DNA of 20,000 nt from Sarea resinae (taxonomy: Eukaryota). Position numbers and translations under genes: made by a program. Within the stretch, counting starts at the first letter, position 1, and every line of letters begins with the position of its first letter. Location of the stretch: the NCBI GenBank assembly GCA_026026165.1, contig JAPEUD010000008.1:540998-560997 (forward strand). Direction: 5' to 3'. Below, piece after piece: positions 1 through 9,344 of this stretch. The notes beneath the pieces are model-generated. The model did no database searches. It was not told the DNA's origin and saw only the letters and a program-made list of their open reading frames with translations.

Positions 1-804
1 ACAAGACTTGGGGAATAATCGCTTGGTCGCTCTGCCCAAGAAGGTACTGCCAAAAAGTCACAGAGACCGATTCCTTGCTTTCGTAGAGAAGGCCAAGACT
101 AGTATCAAGGACCTCAAGGAGAATTTTCTGGCAGGGTCAGACTACGACACAAAAACTGCCGGTACTCGCCATACTCCGCCAGTCACACCCGTTGCCGAAG
201 GCGTATACGCCCTCACAACGACCGGTCAAGCATCTGGTACTGCAACGCACCTTGCATACGTCCTAACGATTCCTTCAAGCCTTAGCGAAGTACAGGAGGA
301 TCTTGGTCTTCGCGAACGCGGCAGCTTCGTCTTAAGTGTGAAGAATCCCAAATATCCGTCTCCTCCCAATGCAGCTCTTCCTCAAGGGCCTGAATATTCG
401 CAGGAGTATGTGTCAGACTGGCTTTCAAATGGTCGGTTGGGCTAACACTAGTATCAGGATCCTTGACGAATTTCGCAGTCTGCGTTGGGCTCCCTTGCAG
501 CCACGCATGATTGATTATCCAAATAGCCAAATGCTTATGATCGGAGAAGCTGGTGGAGACATCGGCAAAGCTGGAGAGCCCGATCCGAAAGACGATCATA
601 AGGAAAAGGATACTCCAGCCGAAGAGATTGAAAAGCTGGAAGAGGAGGATAACATACGTGTCGAGCATCTCAAAGGTAGCGTAAACCCTTTGTGCATGAT
701 TGAAGCTTGCCATGCTAACAAGCTGGCTTGTAGGTGACGATACAGTCTTTGAAGATCTTGATATAAGCAAGAAGGACTATTCTACTGTGCAGACGACTTG
801 GTGA
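1..804 (+). CDS. Conserved uncharacterised fungal protein, 5'-truncated by the window edge; exons <1-405, 458-675, 734-804
   Basis: ORF 8..445 joins the frame of ORF 369..737 via intron 406-457 (GTATGT..GCTAAC..CAG), giving ...PEYSQE-ILDEFRSLRW.... Intron 676-733 (GTAGCG..GCTAAC..TAG) leads to the last exon GDDTVFEDLDISKKDYSTVQTTW*. From memory it resembles a family often auto-annotated 'BTB domain transcription factor', but no function can be supported. Confidence 0.8.
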
Positions 805-1507
805 TCGGCATGCTCATGAGTGCCCCATACAGCAGTAGCTAGTGGCTAGGTTGTACTCTGTAGCTCGCCGTGGCACACTTACTCAATGAAGAACAGGCAT
901 GGGAGAAGGGATTTCATAGTTTCATTTCGCTCCGTTCGAGCATGCATGGCGTCCTCTCAATCTGATAGCTAGGGGCGCTGCTCATGCTGCATCAATAGGG
1001 CCTTACTTCTAAAAGTGGACATCTGTAGAACGCGGTCATTTTTCTGCATCTGATGAGAACTTCTTATTTCTATGTCGTATTTCATACTGACCTAACGCGG
1101 CGGTCTTGTTTGTAGAGAGGGATATGAGCCTTGTAAGGTGGTATTGGTAGCAAGTGCCTGGTCACGTGTGTGGTATCGATGTCTCATCCTTGCTACTCCA
1201 TCTCCAGTCTCCCATCAACGTTCTCGATCTCTTACCCGGCGACATCACCCATCTCAATTCCATCTGCATCACAGTAATCCTCCATCGAGTTACCCGGACG
1301 TCTTCAATACTACCTTACCGGAAACCCATCAGCGCGTTTGTAACTTGGTACGTGATCGCCTGTCGCCGCGCGCTTCGCGACAGTCCGTTCGTGCTAGCAC
1401 ACCTTGCCCAAAAGGATACTTCGCGATTTATTTTGGATATTATTCGCTCCATCAGATAGATCCATATGCCGACCACCAAAAACCGCTCCCAGCTGCAACA
1501 GCGGAAA

Positions 1508-4166
1508 ATGGGGCAAACTTCCTCACAGCCGGCAGCAGACCCTATGGAGAATTCAATTGGTATGCCGTCCTTGTATATTCTCCGCCTTCTTTCGTCCTCT
1601 CTGTTAACGATAGTACAGATCAGGACCTCGAAAAGGTAACACCTCTAATGAAGATATCTCATTCACATTGGCGTTAGAGCAGGAGTACAACTGACAACGA
1701 ACTTAGGCTCCTCCATCCAGTAACTCCCTAGGTACTGGCGAGATAATCAGACATGATGGGGAACGCCGGAAACATAAGAAGAAGAAGAAGAGAAACAGAA
1801 AGTCCGATATGTCAAGTCCACATAGCAAAGAGGAAGAAAGCGCACGAACACTGTTGGAGATGAAAGGAGCCCAAGCCCTGGCTCATACAGTGAACAATAA
1901 AGATGATCGCGTGGCCTCTTCTCAGGTCCTGGCTGAAAGCAGTATTCAGTCGCAGCCTGAACTTCAAGGTGGCTCCGACGATGTGCTTCAGGAAAAGGAG
2001 GGATCCCACAAGCGCTCCAAAAGCAGTAAGAAGAAGCGCTTGCACAATGACCGGCTGGAGGAGGAAGCCAAAACCGCATCAGCCCCCAACGCCTCAACTC
2101 AAATGCCAGAGCATCTTATCGATTCCCTTCTAGAAGCTCCCAATCCGTATCCGAAAATCGAGCGACCTCCTCAGTACCCTTCCGGCGCTCTCGCTATTGC
2201 TGATACTTCTGATTATCCTCCACTTGATTCCTCGTCCAACGGACATACGACTGTCGCGCCAACGAGCCATGACTACGAGAGTCAAACTGTATACGACTTG
2301 CCCGATGAGCAAGCGTCCGCCTCTTACGGTAACGGACCTGAGGAATCTTCATACAGTTACCAGCAGACGGAGCGACAATATGGATCATCTTCGTCTCCAA
2401 ATACCGGAAAACGTAAGCGGAAGAGGGGTTTGGGCCGGCAATCTCAGAGTGCTGTGGATTTAGCAAATGCGGCATCTGCCGCCAATGCATTGATAGATCC
2501 TGCTTTGACTGCGCAATCAGAGCCTGCAGTCACATCTAGCGGTATTCCAGCGGATGGCACCCATGATACTGGGCCTAGTCAAGATGTACCAGAGCAGAGC
2601 AATCATTCAGCACATCCTTCTAGATCAAAGCGCAAGCGTCGTCTACCTGACCCCGATAACTTGGACCAAAATCAAAAACGCGTCCGGAAGTCTGGCGGAC
2701 CAAGCACACCCGCCTCGCGCATAATGAGTACTCCCTCTAGTCAGACGAGATCAGCAAATGGGGGTCCTTTCACCGATTTGGAAATAGAGCTCCTGACTAG
2801 ATTTCTTGAAGGATACCGAGATGAGCACGGAATAAGCCAGTTTGATCTGAACGAGAAGATCCAAGAGACTGGCCGTAGCACTGGCTCGAAGGATGAATTC
2901 TGGAATGAGGTGGCGGCGGTCCTTCCCTATCGTACACGACAGTCAATCTATAAGGTCTGTCGGCGTCGATTCCATAACTTCGGCAAGCGCGGCAAATGGA
3001 CCGCCGAGGAAGACGAAATGCTCAGAGTGGCTCAAGAGCAAAAGCCGAACAAATGGAAGGCTATTGGGGAAATGATCGGACGTATGCCGGAAGATTGTCG
3101 TGACAGGTGGCGCAATTATCTCAAATGTGGCGAGAACATGAATAAAGACGTCTGGACTCAGCATGAGGAAGACATGCTGAAGGACGCGGTAAATGACTGT
3201 CACAAGAGAATGCGAGAAAGCAAAGCGAATGAAGGAAACAAAGATGTGGATGAAGAAGAGAATATGATAAATTGGGCCGTCGTTAGCGAAAAGATGGGTG
3301 GTATGAGAAGTCGGCTGCAATGTCTCTACAAGTGGAAGAAGCTCTTGAAGCGAGCGAGAGAGGAGGAACACGAGCAAGAGCGAGCTCAATTGATAGCAGA
3401 GGGTAAATTGGACTCATCAGAGATACCTCAGCGGAAGCACACTTGGAGAACCAAGCGTGCAGAGCAGAGATATGCCAAGATGCTTCCAGGCGACAAGTAT
3501 GAGCTACTGCAAGCGTGAGTGCCCTTTAATTATTATGGCCACCTTACCGAGGACTGCATGGCCATAGCCCTCGGACATGATTGATCAAATGAGCTTACTT
3601 TTCCCGTTCTGTGCAGCCTGGCCAATTCTGGCACCTACGAGGAGAAAAACATTCCCTGGAAAATCATCGGCACACCTGAATACCGCAACATCTGGAGCAC
3701 GACGGACCGGAAGACAGCGTTCCGTCACCTCAAAGAAAGGGTGCCCGATAATGAGTCGAACACCCTCCAGGAGACCGTCGCCGCAGCTCTGAGTCATCTC
3801 GTCGCCGAATATCCAAACAGCCTTGACGATCACTACAATCCCGCCGAGGATAAGCAGCTTGTTGCTAAAGCTAGCCGCCGCAACAAGCGCGAAAAGCATC
3901 TTTCGGCGGAAGCTATCGTGGATGAAGATGATGAGGATGACGAGGAACCAGACAACGAGAACGAGAACGAGAACGACACCTTTCGTGACTACGAGCAGGC
4001 GGCGGAGTACACTCCCAGTGAGTCGAACATGGTTGGCCCGGAGCTCGATCAGACAAGCTACGCCCAGCAACATAATCAGGGGCCTGAAAATGGGGGCTAC
4101 GTAGGTCCAGCGCTTGATGTGGATGAGGAGATGGCTGAGCGGGTTGGGCTGCTCAGGGAGGCGTGA
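1508..4166 (+). CDS. Myb/SANT-repeat DNA-binding protein, Reb1/Nsi1 (TTF1/DMTF1)-like, about 808 aa; exons 1508-1559, 1619-1635, 1707-3514, 3617-4166
   Basis: Tandem Myb repeats (GKWTAEEDEMLRVAQEQKPNKWKAIGEMIGRMPEDCRDRWRNY; WTQHEEDML..INWAVVSEKMGGMRSRLQCLYKW), basic NLS-like clusters (KRKRKR, HKKKKKR) and an acidic C-terminus. Three GT-AG introns keep one frame (2427 nt in total). The first two short exons are inferred from splice signals only. Confidence 0.85.
3954..3977 (+). repeat. (AACGAG)3+AACGAC coding hexamer repeat (NENENEND) in the acidic tail of the Myb protein
   Basis: Read directly from the sequence. Confidence 0.85.
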
Positions 4167-4546
4167 GAAGGAGCTTGATCTTAAACTCTTCGAGCTCTTT
4201 TCCTCTCTTCTCCTTGCTATTTTGTTTGGGGTGTTCTTCGGGCATCGGGGTCTTTCTCCGACGGTGGTATACTCAGCAAAGCAATCGACCCGAGTTTACT
4301 GTGCACACTTCCGTCCCCGGCCTGATCTACGTGTGAGATGGTCTTTCTGCATCTAAAAATCCCTTCCGGCTATTAATAAGGCGTTGCTATCCACAAGGTG
4401 GGGGAAGGGAGGATTAAAAGACGAAGCTTGTTCTTATCTGCTTTACCTCTTCTCGCGTAGAATCACAACCTGCCTGGCGAAGAATATTCTCGGTTGCTCC
4501 TTTGCGGTGAACTAGATCTATTAGATTGTTGATGATTGCTACCACA

Positions 4547-4837
4547 TACCTACCTACCTACATAAGGTACCTACCTGCTGTACTATGTAGGCAGTCATTG
4601 ACAACGCCAATCGAGCGCTAATCACGGTGATCAAAGGGTGCCTACCTACCTTACACACCTTACCTTACGGACCCTCAGGACCCTTGGACCCCCAGACGAG
4701 CACCTATCTACCTCCTTGCGTCACCTCATCTTACTGCGATGTTCTCTGCGGTATTGTGGATAGATGCTCGGGAACCGCGCCAACTATCATATCCACCTCA
4801 GGGACCAGTGCCAATGTTACTGTACCTACCGTACCTT
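4547..4837. repeat. Dispersed TACC/TACCTA short-repeat cluster in intergenic DNA
   Basis: tacctacctacctac at 4547-4561, aggtacctacct at 4565-4576, cctacctaccttacacaccttacctt at 4641-4666, cacctatctacct from 4701, gtacctaccgtacctt at 4822-4837. Confidence 0.7.
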
Positions 4838-5145
4838 AACGGGGCGCTGTATGCAATCCATGCATGATACGAGGATCATGCACCCCGCTTGCAAGCGATC
4901 CATCTACTATGTACTTGCGGAACCGTCTGAACCAGAAAAGGAAAGCATGTGCGCAACGTGCATCCATCCCCGCCAACATCGACTCAGTCGCCCAATCAAA
5001 TCGGTGTCCAACTGCCCGACAAGGCCGCAAAGCGGCGGTGCATGAGCAGGCAGAAGCTCAATCCTCGAGGCTGAGATCGCGACTACTGCGCAGTAGGGGT
5101 CTTGGGCTTGCAATGATGAGCCTCCAAAATGGCCCTCTTACTAGA

Positions 5146-5153
5146 TATATATA
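5146..5153 (+). promoter_or_regulatory. Probable TATA box of the CorA-like gene
   Basis: TATATATA about 85 nt upstream of the predicted ATG at 5239. Confidence 0.45.
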
Positions 5154-5238
5154 GTGACCCCAACATGCATCGAATGTCTTCTGATCATATTCCCTTCGTT
5201 TGCAATCGGTGCCATTACGCGTGCATGCAATTTTTGCG

Positions 5239-5816
5239 ATGACGGCAGACGTGGGATCTCCAGGCCATGCGACAGCCGCTTTCACGGCAACAAAACCTAC
5301 CAGTAGGCAGGACGAAGGAAGACGACGGCACAGTGAAAGTAAGCAAGAGCTCAATCAGTCATCGTTCCGTATCTGAAAACAATGGATCTAATGTCGAAAT
5401 CTGCAGCTTCACCCTCACGGCTGAAGCCTTCGGAATCTTCTCACCGTCCAGAAGCTGTGCATCGAGCCGCCACAGATGTGCCTCCGCGCCAGCGTACGTT
5501 ATCTTACAGCCTTCTGTTTGATTGCACCCACGGAGCTAACCCAACTGAAATAGCATGGCACCGTCGTGTAGCGAGTCCAGACATCCCATGGCATCGCGAA
5601 TATACGGGTACAACTGTAAAACGTGGAAGGCTATTGGTGATCGACTACATCAGCCCAAGTACGAGGAGTCTTTGGAATGGGTAATGTTCAAGAGCATGAC
5701 TGTAGGCTCACACTGTAATGTAGGTCAATCAAGCGAGGGCAAGCAAAAAGTCGTTACTGAAGAGATCGATTGCGAAGCTGGACTTGAAAAGCTCTATAAC
5801 AGCGTAGGCACAGTCG

Positions 5817-5862
<46 letters not shown>

Positions 5863-8230
5863 TTCTCCTTCTCCCGCCCCCACTCTAATTACCGTCATGC
5901 TAATGCTGGATGAAGCCACAACGAAGCGCTGGCTTGGTCCTCAGAGTCTTGTAGGTATCTCAGGATTTGGCACAAATGCTACCTTTCTTCTGCAATTCAA
6001 CCGCTTACTCTGGAATGAAAAGTCACGTCCAGAATGCGCTGTGGGCAGTCAATTTTCTGTTGAAAAAGTTTGACATAGACAAACGAGATCAAATCGTGGG
6101 TACAAGTTTTGGGAGGTGGGCTAGGTTCCAACGGCCCCAGCAGAAGGCTGGTAAACCAAAGCTGAACGGCAGGACCTGGGAAGCTAAACATGATCCATGG
6201 AGAGGGATATCAAGGACAGCCTTCAGCGCTGATTATTTCCAAAGATACGAAGTTGGACTTAGCACCGATACATCAAAGGATCTCATCTGGAAGATGATGG
6301 AACTGAACTCGTACGATCACGACGGTAGCAAAAGATCCAATAATTCGAGGCATATGATGATATTCAAGACTGATATCTTGCAGATAATCCGTATTACGCT
6401 TATGACATATATCTTCAAAGGGTGTCATGCTATATCCAGCACCAAGAGGTTGTTCCAGAGATGTCCACGAGTCCTGACATTGAGAACCCTTACCTTGACA
6501 GACCCCCTTATGCTTCTGATCTACGTGGTCGGAGAAGGTCTCAGTCACCAAAATTAAGAGATCTAGATAATGGTAGTCTTAATGAGGTCCTGAACTTCTT
6601 CGTTGCTGACAAGGCGGTACCAGGGAATGCCATTATCATATTCGACAATTCACACAGCGGATCAATTCGAGACACATTGATACGCGCTCGTCAATCTTCA
6701 GAGTCCCGCTGGGTATATCCGCTACATGTGAAGGAAGCGCGGGAAATTTGCTGACTCGGCATTTCTAGAGGAGACTCCCCTTCTATTTAGCTTATGATGC
6801 CCATCACGACATGTCGAATGACCAAGTTTTGGCTTTGGAATGTACAAGACTGGTTTTGCAAGACGTTTTCAAAAATCTGGTTCGTTCGTGGGATCGATTT
6901 CTTGACATTAGTGGTACGCATGTCAGTATACTGGTAAGTCACGATATGTCCTTATCTCGCACTGTTACGAGTGGGACGTTGAGTCTGAGTTCGCTTGTAC
7001 AGGAAGATAAGATCTACGAGCAACCCGCGGATGAGACTAGGGCGCCAGAGCTCTGGGCTAACTCGAGTCAATGGCTGAAGGCTGCCAAGCTCATTTCAAT
7101 CCACATGGACATTGTCAAAGAAATGAAGATATACCTGCTTGATTTGACCGAGACTGAAGGGATCGAGAATAAGTGGCTGGATCCCATTTCTTCAGATATT
7201 GATCGGATCAAAAATTCTGTTAATGAAGATCTGGTAAAACCAACTGCAGCTCTTGCTGATCTTGTAAATATCTGTAATTGACTCCTAAGTAGAGATTGCT
7301 GACTCTTTCTAGATGTATAAATCTGTTGGAATTAGGGATTCGAGGCATTCTTTGCGACTAGGCACCAGCATGTGGAGATTGAGCTGGATCACATTTATCT
7401 TTCTTCCCTTGACTTTCATAGTGGGCTTCTTTGGAATGAATGTCATTCCATTTCAAAAAGACTCCCCTTCGATCAAATGGTAAGAGCGTGATCTTGGTTT
7501 GATTGGTTCTTGTCGCTAATCGGCCCTCATAAGGTACTTCATTGCCGCTGTCCCATTCATGCTCTGCGTTCTTATATTTTGGTACCTATTAAAGCACTTG
7601 TTGGCTCGAAACCGCCCGGCGCCCTACACAAGAGGTATCTACGACCACATGTTCCACGACCTTGCAACGAACAACCCTGCACTCTGGTCTCGCAAAGGCC
7701 CTCGAACGGATATACCAGAACCTCGGGGATTCACAAACAAGCTGAAATGGTACCTCATCAGGCACTGGACCTGGCCTCACAAGACCACTAGTGCCGTATC
7801 CGCCAATGACGAAGATGCGAACAGTATGGGAGCCTGGTTCCGCTTCAAGCGGTTCATGATTAAAAGGTGGACGGCTGAGATTCAGGAGACGATGGATCCT
7901 TTCTATGGCTTTCAATCCGGTGAACCAGCTTCATTGGAGGCTGCCTTTCCTATAGCAGAGGACGCGTCCATAGTCAGCAATGGTGTCGGCAAAGCAATTG
8001 AGCTGCTTGCCATGCCTGGTACGACGGTTCTCGAGGATCAGCAGGGCGGCTTTCCAAAGTTGCCATTAAGTCCGAAAATCCGTGTTGAGAGACCGGTCCC
8101 TGCCGGGAGACCGGGTACTGGAGAGTACAGTCATAGTCGTGGAAGTAGCAGAGGGAGCGATGGTGTTATGGTCGAAGAGAAGAAAGCGGACTTGAATTTG
8201 AAGGACTTGCTTGATGTAGGGCATTCGTAA
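5239..8230 (+). CDS. CorA/Mg2+-transporter-like (2-TM-GxN) membrane protein, about 775 aa; 11 exons: 5239-5338, 5407-5493, 5554-5658, 5724-5803, 5916-5950, 6023-6324, 6384-6712, 6769-6933, 7003-7263, 7313-7479, 7534-8230
   Basis: The spliced product contains SMWRLSWITFIFLPLTFIVGFFGMNV (TM1 plus the CorA GMN signature), then WYFIAAVPFMLCVLIFWYLLK (TM2). Ten GT-AG introns join into one stop-free frame of 2328 nt. The GMN exon is absent from the ORF track. The 5' exons are less certain. Confidence 0.8.
5818..5860 (+). repeat. C43 homopolymer inside predicted intron 5804-5915
   Basis: 43 consecutive C, lying between donor GTAGGC (5804) and branch GCTAAT/acceptor AAG (5915). Confidence 0.9.
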
Positions 8231-9344
8231 TGTTACTGGCGGATATGTAAGATTGGAGTTTTCGCCCTCTTTTTCATAATATCGATTCGACCCGCCAGCC
8301 GTTAATGCTGTCTCAGTTCTCCGACTTGATTTTGCATAGCTAGGGCTTATCTTCTTGCTTTCTCGTACATAAATGATATCCGTCGCCATGATTTAAATCT
8401 AGATTTCTTATATTTCACGTTGATCATACCTAAGTGCATTGACTCAATAAGTACCATGTGATATGTCTCGAGCTAGTGTTTCCAGCTTGTTTTATTGCCA
8501 CTGTCATAGGATCCTTTTCCTTCGACACCCGCGCCCCCAATTATAGCAAGCTAAATCCTAGGTAGCTTACCACTATAAATTCACCCTAAACTGATTTCTA
8601 CGATTAATCTACGCAGTCTACTGTAGGTACATAATTTGGCACGCTTAGAGCAGCAATCTGTATATTACATTCTTAGTAGTTTATCAGCTCTCTTGTCACA
8701 AATCCGTTCTGTTACTATTACTCTGTAGCCTCTGGACTTTCTTATTACCCTGTAGCTCGCTAGCCCTGTAGCTCCTAGAGTCTATTAAACACTTCAAGGT
8801 CTTGTTGCCGGGTAATTTGCCGGTTTCTTATTTCGTAGTATAGATTTCATATGTAAGTGATACCCAAACGACTTCGAATGCAATTGAATGAAGCTTAAAT
8901 TCAGACTTGATATGCGATTTCTGAAACCATCTGTGGTGTATAATGTATATCTAAATTGCTATTGATTAGGCAGGCGGCATAGGTAGGGGGGATTCAGTTC
9001 CTCCTCAGCATCAACGACCTTAAGGGGGTATCAAAGAGGGTATCTAAGAGCGTAATGAGCCAATCAGAAACCTGGGCGAGCTTAAGCTACGATCCATAGC
9101 TCGAGGTCCTTCTATTGCTTTGTAACCTGTACCTGATTTTGCCGCCGCGCATATATCTGCTCCATGACTAAGCAGACACTTGAAAACTACCTGCAGGTAA
9201 GAAACGAGGGCAAGCCCTCGCTTAACCGACGCCAAGCCCACCATCACCATCGGAATTGAACATCTCAATCGACGACCGCGAAAGCGAAATCGACAGCGAC
9301 AACTATCGACAACTACCACCCGGCATCCATCATCAACCACCAAG

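Noticed and set aside
1050..1092. CTGATGAG...CTGA flanked by GGTCA/TGACC (hammerhead or C/D snoRNA-like)
   Set aside because: There is no downstream GAAA core or stem II for a hammerhead, and the C-to-D distance of about 40 nt is too short for a typical snoRNA.
1138..1677. 179-aa and overlapping 101-aa plus-strand ORFs
   Set aside because: Non-ATG starts and no recognisable domain; they overlap the Myb promoter, and the longer one also its first exons and introns.
4627..5154. Short overlapping ORFs (64-96 aa) in the Myb-CorA spacer
   Set aside because: No domain or splice support; consistent with random ORFs.
5113..5184. ATGATGA...CTGA at C/D snoRNA-like spacing
   Set aside because: No terminal stem and no rRNA-complementary guide that I can recognise; it contains the likely TATA box of the downstream gene.
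5555..6073. 172-aa ORF with a polyproline run
   Set aside because: The prolines come from the intronic C43 tract; the ORF mostly crosses introns and off-frame exon parts of the CorA-like gene.
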